Under the pieces are notes generated by a model that was given only the letters and a program-made list of their open reading frames with translations, made no database searches and was not told the origin of the DNA. The translations under genes and the position numbers were made by a program. From Chlamydiota bacterium (GTDB lineage: Bacteria; Auribacterota; Tritonobacteria; UBA1439): a stretch of 41,985 nucleotides of DNA. Shown piece by piece: positions 7,856 through 16,191 of this stretch (position 1 is the stretch's first letter; every line of letters begins with the position of its first letter). The DNA lies in NCBI GenBank assembly GCA_037133055.1, contig JBAXOY010000011.1, positions 1 through 41,985 on the forward strand. Reading direction: 5' to 3'.

Positions 7856-8875
7856 TCACTCCCCCCGCGCGCGGCACCGCTCGCGGTAGCGCCTGACCTC
7901 CTCGTCGCCCTCGCGGAGCAGGCGTCTCAGATGGTCGAGGTCGGGCTTCGACCCCTTCCGGATCCCCCTCCGCTCCCGCAGCGCGTGGGGGAGCATCGCG
8001 GCGGCCCCGAGGAGACCGCGGAGGAGCGGGATCGCCTGGCGCCCCTTCAGGGACTGGTGCCCGAGCTGGAAGACGAGGTCGAGGAGGAGTTTGGGGAGCG
8101 TCCGCGGGAGCAGGGCCGCGGGCATGTTCTTGAAAAAGAGAGCGACGCCGTTCCGCGTGCTCAAGCGGACCGCGAGGTTGCTCTTCCTCCTCCCGCTCGT
8201 CGCCCCGCCCATGTGCCAGCAGACCGCCCCCGGCACGAAGAGGCAGCGCATTCCCGCGAGCTGCGCCCTGAAATCGAGGTCCACGTCCTCCTTGTAGGAG
8301 ACGAAGCGCTCGTCGAAAAGCCCCACCCGGTCGAAGAGCGCGCGCCGGTAGAGCGCCGCGCCGGCGCACGCCCCGAACACCTCCGCGGGTTCGTCGTACT
8401 GGCCCCGGTCCCTTGCGAGGAACCCGCGCGGGACGGACCGGCCGTTCGAGGCATAGCAGTTTCCCGCGCTGTCGACGACCCCGCGGTCGGTGAAATCGAT
8501 CATCTTCGAGGCGCAGAAGCCGACGCCGGGATTGGCGTCGAGCGCGGCGACGAGCGCGGCGAGCCAGTCGGGGTGGGTCTCCGTGTCGTTGTTGAGGAGC
8601 GCGACGAGTTCGGTCTCCGCGCGCCGGATCCCTGCGTTGACCGCGGGGGCGAACCCGGTGTTCCGCCCCATGCGGATGACCGCGACCGCGGGGTAGCGCC
8701 CGGAGAGGAGCGCGCACGAAGCGTCCGTGGAGCCGTTGTCCACGACGACGGTCCGGAAACCGGCAAAGCGCTGCCGGGCGAGGGAATCCAGGCACCCCGG
8801 GAGGAGCTTCTCCCCGTTGAAGGTGGGGATGATGACCGTGATGCGGGGACAGGCCCCGCCGCGCGTCGTGTCCAT
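7856..8875 (-). CDS. Glycosyltransferase family 2 (WbbL/rhamnosyltransferase-like)
   Basis: ITVIIPTFN, VVDNGSTD, NTGFA.AVN.G, LLNND, GACAGAALYRR, FDERF..Y.EDVDL.FR. Start position approximate. Confidence 0.9.
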   Translation of the reverse strand: MDTTRGGACPRITVIIPTFNGEKLLPGCLDSLARQRFAGFRTVVVDNGSTDASCALLSGRYPAVAVIRMGRNTGFAPAVNAGIRRAETELVALLNNDTETHPDWLAALVAALDANPGVGFCASKMIDFTDRGVVDSAGNCYASNGRSVPRGFLARDRGQYDEPAEVFGACAGAALYRRALFDRVGLFDERFVSYKEDVDLDFRAQLAGMRCLFVPGAVCWHMGGATSGRRKSNLAVRLSTRNGVALFFKNMPAALLPRTLPKLLLDLVFQLGHQSLKGRQAIPLLRGLLGAAAMLPHALRERRGIRKGSKPDLDHLRRLLREGDEEVRRYRERCRARGE

Positions 8876-8938
8876 AGGAGAGAGACGGCAGCCGCCGTCT
8901 CGCAATGGATTCTGCCCCAACAAGTGGGGCGGCGCAAC

Positions 8939-8995
8939 TGTTTTGTTGTCTGTCGGCTGTTTTGTTGTTGTCGCGTTGTTTTGTTGTCTGTCGGC
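8939..8995. repeat. Three tandem 19-bp GT-rich units in a divergent promoter region
   Basis: TGTTTTGTTGTCTGTCGGC / TGTTTTGTTGTTGTCGCGT / TGTTTTGTTGTCTGTCGGC; TATAAT follows at 9012-9017. Confidence 0.85.
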
Positions 8996-9039
8996 CGTCC
9001 GCGCCATGGTTTATAATGGTGGGTTTACGGCGGAAAGGT

Positions 9040-9855
9040 ATGACGACCTACTACGACATCCTCGAGATCAGCCGCGACGCCCCGCGCGAGGCGGTGAAGA
9101 CCGCCTTCCGCGCGATGGCGAAGAAGTGCCATCCCGATTTTCACCCCGATCGGAGCGCGTGGGCCCACGACCGGATCCAGGAGATCATACGGGCGTACGA
9201 GGTCCTCTTCGACGACGAGAAGCGGGCCGTGTACGACCGGACCCTTTCCCGCCTCAATGTCCGGAGGGGGAGCGCCTACCGCGAGTCGCTGAAGAAGAGG
9301 GGAGGCGATCCGGCGGCGTGCTGCCAGCTCATCTTTCTCGACCTCCTCGAGGGGCGGGGGGCGGAGGGGCTCGCCCTGTACGAAAGGATCCGGATCTCGC
9401 GGCAGCCGTTCGCCCTGAAAGACCACATGCCGGTCCGCGACTTTCTCGACTGCGGCTTCCTGGTCGCGGAGGAGTTTGAGCGGCAACACCGGCCGCGGGC
9501 CGCATTTGCGCACTACCGGGAAATTTACCGGCTGGACAAGGTCCACAACTACTTCAAGCACTTCCGGGCGGAGATCCTCCTGCGGATGCGGAACCTAGTG
9601 GTGCAGTTCCTCGAGATGGAGGGGCACCTGGCGTGCGCCCTCGACGGTTTCGCGGGAGAACTGGCGGAGGGGCTGAACCGCAGGGAGCGGGCGTTCCTGT
9701 ACAAGAAGATCGCCGAGCACTTCTGCCGCGCCGGGGAGGAGGGGCTCGCGAGGCTCACCCTGATCGCAGCCCTCCAGCTTCACCCGCGGATGGGAGGAGT
9801 CAAGAAGATCAGGACCCGCCTCCGCGAACACCGCCGTAGCCTTTCATCACGGTAA
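9040..9855 (+). CDS. J-domain (class C DnaJ-like) protein with a helical, TPR-like C-terminus
   Basis: YYDILEI...A....VK.AFR.MAKKCHPD...I.RAYEVL.D..KR..YD; preceded by GAAAGG. Confidence 0.85.
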   Translation: MTTYYDILEISRDAPREAVKTAFRAMAKKCHPDFHPDRSAWAHDRIQEIIRAYEVLFDDEKRAVYDRTLSRLNVRRGSAYRESLKKRGGDPAACCQLIFLDLLEGRGAEGLALYERIRISRQPFALKDHMPVRDFLDCGFLVAEEFERQHRPRAAFAHYREIYRLDKVHNYFKHFRAEILLRMRNLVVQFLEMEGHLACALDGFAGELAEGLNRRERAFLYKKIAEHFCRAGEEGLARLTLIAALQLHPRMGGVKKIRTRLREHRRSLSSR

Positions 9856-9890
9856 AGATACCCGTACTCATTCCCGAGCGCCTCTTTTTT

Positions 9891-9936
9891 GTCCAACCTC
9901 GTAGGTTGACCCGAAGGCCAACCTACGAGGTTGGAC
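9891..9936. repeat. Perfect 18-bp inverted repeat with self-palindromic arms (REP-like or terminator)
   Basis: GTCCAACCTCGTAGGTTG-ACCCGAAGGC-CAACCTACGAGGTTGGAC followed by TTTTT; lies between convergent genes. Confidence 0.85.
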
Positions 9937-9956
9937 TTTTTGGAGATGACAGGGGA

Positions 9957-10988
9957 TCACTCGTCGCGGAAGGCGTAGCCGTATTTGATGGCGCGGATGT
10001 TCTGGTCGAGGTATTTCGCGGGAAGCGACTCGGCGAAATCCACCTTCTCGATGTCGGCGCCCACGTGCCGGAGCAGCCTGCCGAGCGCGAGCATGTTGAT
10101 GAAGAGGGGGCTCCCGAACTCCTCGAGCGCGGCCTTCCTGAAGGAGAGCTCCTCCACGTCCCCCTCGGCCGCGTGGTACTCGTCGGAGAGGATCCTGCCG
10201 ACCTCGCGGTCGCGGATCACCCGCTTCGCCTTCACGGCGTCGGCTTTCTTCACTGGCGCGAGCTGGAGGAGGAGGTCGGCCTCCTCGACGAACGGCATCT
10301 GGACGGGGGTGTCGGAGTAGGTGAGGTCCCCGCGCACCACGCCGGCGCGGACCGAGGAGGGGTAGGTCACGGTGAGGGCCACGTGCTTCCCGAGCGAGGC
10401 GAGGATGGCGGCGAGGGCGTGGGACATCACCTTGATCCCCTGCCCTGCGGCGCCGAGGAGCACGATCGAGCACGTCGTCTCCTCCGGCTTCAGCGCGCGG
10501 AGTGACTTCACCATCTGCCTCAGGGCGATGCCGAAATAGTCCCCGGAGATGAGCTCGCCCTGCGCGAACCCCTCGCGCGCGTAGAAGCCGATGATCTCCC
10601 GCGCGTCCGGGAAGACCCATATCATCGCCTTGAAGCAGCCCCGCCGTTTGAACTCCTCCATGGCGGCGAAGTGCAGCGAGTGCCCGTAGCCCTGGTCGCG
10701 GAAATCCGGGTGCGTGCGGAGCCAGTGGATGGTCCCGATCCCCGCCTCGGCGCGGCCGAGCAGGAAGCCCGCGATCGCGTCCCCCTCCCCGGCGATCAGC
10801 ATGATCGAGCGCTCGTCGCGGAGCGTCTCCCTGAGTCCCTTCTCGTCGTGCAGGCGGCAATAGCTCTCGCGGAGATCATCGGGGACGAAGCCCTTGAGCT
10901 CGGCCATCAGCTGGCGGAAGAGGGCGCTCACCGCCGCCGCGTCGCGCGCGGTCATCTTTCGCACCGGCCTCTTCGGGCGCGCCTTCAT
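9957..10988 (-). CDS. Fusion of an N-terminal GNAT acetyltransferase and a 2-oxoacid:ferredoxin oxidoreductase gamma subunit
   Basis: GNAT half: IAGFL...WLRTHPDFRDQGYG...FYAREGF. Gamma half: LLGAAGQGI, TYPSSVRAG, FINMLALG, LDQNIRAIKYGY. ATG overlaps the beta-subunit TGA. Confidence 0.85.
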   Translation of the reverse strand: MKARPKRPVRKMTARDAAAVSALFRQLMAELKGFVPDDLRESYCRLHDEKGLRETLRDERSIMLIAGEGDAIAGFLLGRAEAGIGTIHWLRTHPDFRDQGYGHSLHFAAMEEFKRRGCFKAMIWVFPDAREIIGFYAREGFAQGELISGDYFGIALRQMVKSLRALKPEETTCSIVLLGAAGQGIKVMSHALAAILASLGKHVALTVTYPSSVRAGVVRGDLTYSDTPVQMPFVEEADLLLQLAPVKKADAVKAKRVIRDREVGRILSDEYHAAEGDVEELSFRKAALEEFGSPLFINMLALGRLLRHVGADIEKVDFAESLPAKYLDQNIRAIKYGYAFRDE

Positions 10989-11713
10989 CGGGTGATCCCT
11001 ATCTCGTCGGGGGCGAGCCGCTCGACCTCGCCGGCGGCGGGCCGGTAGGCCTTCTTGAAATGCATCAGCATCTCGTAGGCGTTCTTGTAGCCGAGCCGGC
11101 GGCCGAAGTTCACCGGGCACTGCGAGCGGACGTCGACCACCGCGAACCCCCGGTGCTCGAGCGCCGCCCTGAGCGCCTTCGCAAGGAGCGGCAGGTGGAA
11201 GGTGGTGGCCCGCGCGTAGAAGCTCCCGTGCGCCTTGACGAGCGCCTGGCAGTCGACGGGGCGGTCGGTGTTCCCCTCGGGGCTCGTGAGCGTCTTCACG
11301 CCGAGCGCGGTGGTCGGGGACTTCTGCCCGCCGGTCATGCCGTAGATCTGGTTGTCGATGAGGACGACGGTGAGGTCGGTGTTGCGCCGGGACGCATGGA
11401 CGAGGTGGTTCCCGCCGATGCCGAGGAGGTCTCCGTCACCGCTGAAGATGACGACGTGCAGGTCCGGCCGCGCCGTCTTGATCCCCTCGGCGATCGGGAC
11501 CGCCCGCCCGTGCAGGCCGTGGACGCTCTCGAGGGAGAAGTAGCCGGCGGCGCGCGCCGCGCAGCCGATGCCGGAGACGAGCACGGTGTTCCCCGCGTTC
11601 ATCGCGAGGTCGTGGAAGACCCCGGCGAGCGTCTTGACGACGAGCCCGTCGCCGCACCCCGGGCACCAGTAGGTGGGGAGACGCTCGGGCCTCAGGTATT
11701 TTCTGAAAGGCAT
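10985..11713 (-). CDS. korB: 2-oxoacid:ferredoxin oxidoreductase beta subunit (TPP-binding)
   Basis: WCPGCG, VSGIGC, LHGRA, GDGD...IGGNH, DNQIYGMTGGQKSPTT, SQCPVNFGR. Confidence 0.92.
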   Translation of the reverse strand: MPFRKYLRPERLPTYWCPGCGDGLVVKTLAGVFHDLAMNAGNTVLVSGIGCAARAAGYFSLESVHGLHGRAVPIAEGIKTARPDLHVVIFSGDGDLLGIGGNHLVHASRRNTDLTVVLIDNQIYGMTGGQKSPTTALGVKTLTSPEGNTDRPVDCQALVKAHGSFYARATTFHLPLLAKALRAALEHRGFAVVDVRSQCPVNFGRRLGYKNAYEMLMHFKKAYRPAAGEVERLAPDEIGITR

Positions 11714-12720
11714 CTCTTCAGTCTCTCCTCGACATGGCTGATCCTCACCACGCCGCCGAGAAGCGGGATGAACCCGACCGGGCGGTGGAGCAGCGCCTCG
11801 ACCAGCAGCCGGTACTGCCCCGTGTTCATCTCGATCACGACGACGCGTGTGTAGCCGCGTGCGATCTCCGCAAGCTCCTCGAGCATGGGGAAGATGCGGA
11901 TCGGGCGGAAGATGGCGCAGCGGTCCCTGAAATGGTACGCGGCGCGCGACGCCGCCCCGAAGGCGACGATGAGCGTGTCGGCCCCCTTGACGGGGAGGTA
12001 CTCGTAGAAGGCGTAGCGCAGGGCGACCTCCGCCGTCTTCTTCGCGAGGGCGGCGATGAGGTCCTGGTGGGCCGTGGGGACCGTGGCCTTGGGGTAGTCC
12101 CCGGCGTGAGTGAGGCTCGTGAAGTGGCGGGTGCCGCTGCCGAGCGGCTTCGTCTTCCGAACCTTCAGTGGCACGTCCACGAGCTCCGCGGTCTCGTAGA
12201 GGTGCCCGATGCAGCCGTCGCTCAAGAGCACGACGGGGGAGAGCGACTCCTCGGCGGCGTTGAACGCATGCATCGTGCAGGTGTAGAGCTCCGAGACGGA
12301 ATTGGGGTAGAGGGCGATCGGGAAATAGTCTCCGTGGCTCCCGTAGCGGCACTGGAGTATGTCGCCCTGCGCGCCGAAGGTGGGCATCCCGGTCGAGGGG
12401 CCCACGCGCTGGACGTTCACGACGACGAGCGGCGCCTCGACCATGTGCCCGAGGCCGATCCCCTCCTGCATGAGGGAGAAGCCGGGGCCCGAGGTCGCGG
12501 TCATCGCCTTCGACCCGGCGAGCGCGGCCCCGACGCAGGCGTTGATGGAGGCGATCTCGTCCTCCATCTGGAGGACCTTCACCTGCGCGGGGAACTCCAC
12601 GAGCTTGTGGAGGATCTCGGAGGCGGGGGTGATCGGGTAGCCCGCGAAGAAGTCGAGCCCCGCCTTCACGGCGCCGAGCGCCACCGCGTCGTTCCCCTGG
12701 AGGATCAGCCGCTTGGTCAT
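11692..12720 (-). CDS. korA: 2-oxoacid:ferredoxin oxidoreductase alpha subunit
   Basis: GNDAVALGA, GYPITP, QMEDEIAS, TATSGPGFSLMQE, VQRVGPSTGMPT, EMNTGQ. Confidence 0.93.
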   Translation of the reverse strand: MTKRLILQGNDAVALGAVKAGLDFFAGYPITPASEILHKLVEFPAQVKVLQMEDEIASINACVGAALAGSKAMTATSGPGFSLMQEGIGLGHMVEAPLVVVNVQRVGPSTGMPTFGAQGDILQCRYGSHGDYFPIALYPNSVSELYTCTMHAFNAAEESLSPVVLLSDGCIGHLYETAELVDVPLKVRKTKPLGSGTRHFTSLTHAGDYPKATVPTAHQDLIAALAKKTAEVALRYAFYEYLPVKGADTLIVAFGAASRAAYHFRDRCAIFRPIRIFPMLEELAEIARGYTRVVVIEMNTGQYRLLVEALLHRPVGFIPLLGGVVRISHVEERLKRCLSENT

Positions 12721-12742
12721 AATTTTAAAACGCTTTGCACCA

Positions 12743-12937
12743 TTATTCCTTGATTTCCTCCACCGCGATGCCGAGGTCGGGGCAGTAGCGCACGCAGAGC
12801 ATGCACCCCGAGCATTCCCCCTCGCAGACGAGGGAGCCGTCCTTGAACGTGAGGGCGCCCTGCGGGCAGAAATTCACGCAGAGGCTGCACCCCTTGCAGA
12901 GCCGGTGATCGATGGAGACCTTGAACTTCTTTTTCAT
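12743..12937 (-). CDS. korD: 2x[4Fe-4S] ferredoxin, delta subunit of the oxidoreductase
   Basis: CKGCSLCVNFCP and CSGCMLCVRYCPD. Confidence 0.9.
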   Translation of the reverse strand: MKKKFKVSIDHRLCKGCSLCVNFCPQGALTFKDGSLVCEGECSGCMLCVRYCPDLGIAVEEIKE

Positions 12938-12950
12938 GGCGGAGGGGAGT

Positions 12951-12979
12951 ATGGTAGAGGCGGGGGCGCGGGCTGTCAA
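12951..12979 (-). promoter_or_regulatory. Sigma70 promoter of the oxidoreductase operon
   Basis: Minus strand TTGACA-17 bp-TACCAT, 13 nt upstream of ATG 12937. Confidence 0.65.
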
Positions 12980-13038
12980 CAGATTTGAGCCCGTTTCGGT
13001 AATCCCTCACTTGCAGAATGAGACCGCCCTCTATTTGT

Positions 13039-13082
13039 GTAGGGGGGCCGTCACGCCGTCCCCTCCGTGTCCTCCGTGGTGA
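13039..13082. repeat. Degenerate GTAG-type REP-like hairpin plus a CCTCCGTG doublet
   Basis: GTAGGGGGGCCGTCACGCCGTCCCCT then CCTCCGTGTCCTCCGTGGTGA; TCCTCCGTGGTGA recurs at 23566-23578. Confidence 0.45.
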
Positions 13083-13091
13083 GGGGGTGCG

Positions 13092-14255
13092 TTACCGGTT
13101 TTTTCTCCCGAACGGGCTCAACTCGCGCAGGGTGCGGATGATCGGGGGGAGGTGCTCGATCACGAAGTCGACCTCCTCCTCCGTCGAGTAGCGGCTCAAA
13201 CTGAAGCGGACGGAGCCGTGCGCGGCGGTGTACGGGACTCCCATCGCCCTCAAGACGTGGGACGGCTCGAGCGAGCCGGAGGTGCAGGCGGAGCCGGAGG
13301 AGGCGCAGATGCCGAGCTCGTTCATCCGGAGCAGGATCGCCTCGCCCTCCACGTACTCGAAGCTGATGTTCGTGGTGTTCGGCAGGCGGTGCGCGGGGTG
13401 GCCGTTCAGGCGCGCGTCGGGCGCCTTCGCGAGAAGCGCATTCTCAAGTTTGTCGCGGAGCTTCTTCACGCGGGTGTTCTCCTCGTCGAGGTGCTTCGCG
13501 GCGAGGATGCAGGCCGCGCCGAGGCCCACGATCGAGGCGACGTTCTCGGTGCCGCCGCGACGCCCCATCTCCTGGTGCCCCCCGACGATGAACGGGCTGA
13601 ACTTCGTCCCCTTCCGGATGTAGAGGGCGCCGACCCCCTTCGGGGCGTTCAGCTTGTGCCCGGAGAGGGCGAGGTAGTCGATCGAGGAGCGGCGCATGTC
13701 GAGGGGGATTTTCCCGACCGCCTGGACCGCGTCCACGTGGAAAGAAGCGCCGGAGGCCTTCGCGGTCTTCCCGATCTCCTCGATCGGGAAGATGACGCCG
13801 GTCTCGTTGTTCGCGTACATGGCGGAGACTACGCCGGTGCAGTCGCGGACCGCGCGCCGGACCTCGTCGAGGTCCAGCATCCCCTGCGCGTCCACGCCGA
13901 GCCACGAGACCTGGTGCCCCTCCTTCTCGAGCTTCTTGCAGAGGCCGAGCACCGCGGGGTGCTCCACGCGGGTGGTCACGATGTGCGGCCTTCTCGCGTC
14001 CACCGCGAGGGAGGAGAGGATCGCCGCGTTGTCGCTCTCCGTGCCGCAGCCGGTGAAGATGATCTCGTCGGGCTCGGCCCCGAGGAGGGAGGCGACCTCG
14101 CCGCGGGCCTTCTCGATGTGCTTCCTCACCCCTCCCCCGAACGAGTGCATGCTCGAGGGGTTGCCGTAGGCGTCGCGGAGGAACGGCAGCATCGCATCGA
14201 GGACCTCGGGGGCGACGCGCGTGGTGGCGTTGTTGTCACAATACGTGATTTTCAT
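13092..14255 (-). CDS. nifS: Cysteine desulfurase NifS
   Basis: DNNATT, GNPSSMH, HVDAVQ, SGHK (PLP lysine), SSGSACTSGSLEPSHVL. Confidence 0.95.
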   Translation of the reverse strand: MKITYCDNNATTRVAPEVLDAMLPFLRDAYGNPSSMHSFGGGVRKHIEKARGEVASLLGAEPDEIIFTGCGTESDNAAILSSLAVDARRPHIVTTRVEHPAVLGLCKKLEKEGHQVSWLGVDAQGMLDLDEVRRAVRDCTGVVSAMYANNETGVIFPIEEIGKTAKASGASFHVDAVQAVGKIPLDMRRSSIDYLALSGHKLNAPKGVGALYIRKGTKFSPFIVGGHQEMGRRGGTENVASIVGLGAACILAAKHLDEENTRVKKLRDKLENALLAKAPDARLNGHPAHRLPNTTNISFEYVEGEAILLRMNELGICASSGSACTSGSLEPSHVLRAMGVPYTAAHGSVRFSLSRYSTEEEVDFVIEHLPPIIRTLRELSPFGRKNR

Positions 14256-15099
14256 CTTTGACCTCCTCGACCCGGAGCTCAGGCGAGACGAACTCCCGGA
14301 GCTTCTTTTCCACCACGGAGGTGATGGTCACCCCCGAGGACGGGCAGCCGGCGCAGACGCCGCGGAACGCGACCTGGACCCGGTCGCCGACGACGTCGAT
14401 GAGCTCTATGTCGCCCCCGTCCGCCCTGAGGGCGGGCTTGATCTCCTTCTCGATCGTATCCTGGATGAGCTGGATCTTCTGGATGGTGGTCAGCCTCCGC
14501 GCGGCGGGCGCCTCGGGCTTCGCCTTTTTCTCCCCCTCCTTCTTCCAGACCTCGTCGATGATCGCCTGGATGTCGGGGATGCAGGTGCCGCAGCCGCCCC
14601 CGGCCTTGCAGTAGTGCGTGACCTGCTCGGGCGCGGTGAGCTTGTTCTCGCGGACGACCCGGGCGATCTTCGCGCCGGTGACGCCGAAGCACCGACAGAC
14701 GATTTCCCCCTCCTCCCTCGGCTCCGCCTTCGCCCCGCGGTAGTTCGCGATCGCCGCCTCGAGCGCCTCGCGCCCCATCACCGAGCAGTGCATCTTCTCC
14801 TTGGGGAGCCCGCCGAGATGGGCGGCGATGTCGTCGTTCGTGATTTGCGCCGCCTCGTCGAGGGTCTTCCCCTTCACGATCTCCGTGAGGGCGGAGGCGG
14901 AGGCGATGGCGCTCGCGCAGCCGAACGTCTGGAACTTCGCGTCCGCGATGCGGGTGTCCCTGTCCAGTTTCAGATAGAGCTTGAGCGCGTCGCCGCAGGC
15001 GATGTTGCCGACCTCGCCGACCGCGTCCGCGTCCTGTATCTCCCCGACGTTTCGCGGGTGGAGAAAATGATCCATGACCTTGTCGGTGTAATCCCACAT
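14236..15099 (-). CDS. nifU: Fe-S scaffold protein NifU (three-domain)
   Basis: IscU domain (ACGD, FGCASAIAS, KMHCS), central CRC...GGGCGTC [2Fe-2S] domain, C-terminal DGGDIEL...GVCAGC. Confidence 0.95.
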   Translation of the reverse strand: MWDYTDKVMDHFLHPRNVGEIQDADAVGEVGNIACGDALKLYLKLDRDTRIADAKFQTFGCASAIASASALTEIVKGKTLDEAAQITNDDIAAHLGGLPKEKMHCSVMGREALEAAIANYRGAKAEPREEGEIVCRCFGVTGAKIARVVRENKLTAPEQVTHYCKAGGGCGTCIPDIQAIIDEVWKKEGEKKAKPEAPAARRLTTIQKIQLIQDTIEKEIKPALRADGGDIELIDVVGDRVQVAFRGVCAGCPSSGVTITSVVEKKLREFVSPELRVEEVKDENHVL

Positions 15100-15143
15100 C
15101 GGCCACCTCCCGGCTCCGCGTGTGTGCCCCCGGAGCCTGCCCC

Positions 15144-15172
15144 ATTATAATACAGGGTAATGGCGCGGGCAA
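15144..15172 (-). promoter_or_regulatory. Sigma70 promoter of nifU-nifS
   Basis: Minus strand TTGCCC-17 bp-TATAAT, overlapped by the inverted repeat CCATTA-N10-TAATGG (15142-15163). Confidence 0.55.
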
Positions 15173-15264
15173 TGCGGGATGCGCGATCCCCTCTTGCCGC
15201 TCTTCCCACGATGCGCTATCATATAGGATGAAACGCCGCGGGGAGAAGCGGCGGGGAGGTGGTC

Positions 15265-16191
15265 ATGAAACACATCACATGGCTGGCGCTGTGCATGACG
15301 CTGCTCGCGGCGGCTCCCGCGGGCGCGCAGAGATTCTCCATGGGGAGCGTGATCGGGTATCCGGGTGAACAGGTGACCGTCGCGGTGGGTTTCTCCAACG
15401 GGGGGCAGACGACCGGGTTTGAATTCGGAGTCCAGTACGACCGCGGCAGCATATCTTTCAGCGGCGCGTCCATCGGCGCCGCCGCGAGCGCGGCCGGGAT
15501 CAACAGCCTGAGAGTGCAGGAGAATTACCCCGGCAACATCGACGTGTACGGAGAGGCGAACCCCCTGCCCCCGGTCATCCGGAATGTCAACGGGACGGTG
15601 GCGAACCTCAAGTTCACCATCTCCTCGTCTGCGACTGTGGGCGCGAGCGCGCGCGTCTCTTTCTCGGGGGGCGCGAGTTACGAGATCGGCGGGGCGACCT
15701 GGGCCCAAGCGGGCACCGGAAGCCCGGGGACGATTACCATCATCACGGTCCCCACGCCGACCCCGAGCGGCACGCCGCCCGTGGTTGCGCTGAGCATGGT
15801 GTCGGCCCCGGCCATCGTTCCCGGGGAGAACGCCGTCCTGCGCTATCGCATCAATCTGACGGACCTGTCGTGGGTGGGCGTCCCGTCCGACGCCTATCTC
15901 GGCGTGGTCCCGCCGACTGGCGGGCTCCTCTACATCGCCTCGCACGGGCGGTTCCTGACCCTGCAGGCGCCGATCGTGAAGAACCTCCTGATCAGTGACC
16001 TGACCGGCGACATCGATTTCGGCCCCCTCCCGGCGGAGTACCCGACGGGCATCTACACCTTCTACGGCGCGCTCACGTGGCCGGGCCTGAGCCCCATGCT
16101 GGCCGCGGGCCGCATCTCGGCCATCAGCAACACGCGGTTCGAGCTCCTGCCGACGCCCACCCCGACCCCGGCGCCGACCCCGACGCCGTGA
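15265..16191 (+). CDS. Secreted cohesin-like beta-sandwich protein with Pro/Thr linkers
   Basis: Signal peptide ending AGA; G.PGE.V.V.V......G..F.V.YD...G.VA.L.F.I cohesin-like pattern; PTPTP linker and tail; SD GGAGG. Confidence 0.7.
   Translation: MKHITWLALCMTLLAAAPAGAQRFSMGSVIGYPGEQVTVAVGFSNGGQTTGFEFGVQYDRGSISFSGASIGAAASAAGINSLRVQENYPGNIDVYGEANPLPPVIRNVNGTVANLKFTISSSATVGASARVSFSGGASYEIGGATWAQAGTGSPGTITIITVPTPTPSGTPPVVALSMVSAPAIVPGENAVLRYRINLTDLSWVGVPSDAYLGVVPPTGGLLYIASHGRFLTLQAPIVKNLLISDLTGDIDFGPLPAEYPTGIYTFYGALTWPGLSPMLAAGRISAISNTRFELLPTPTPTPAPTPTP

Noticed and set aside
8939..8995. CRISPR array (also considered for 34477-34535 and 39403-39446)
   Set aside because: Units are contiguous or too short and too few, there are no regular unique spacers, and no cas genes are present.
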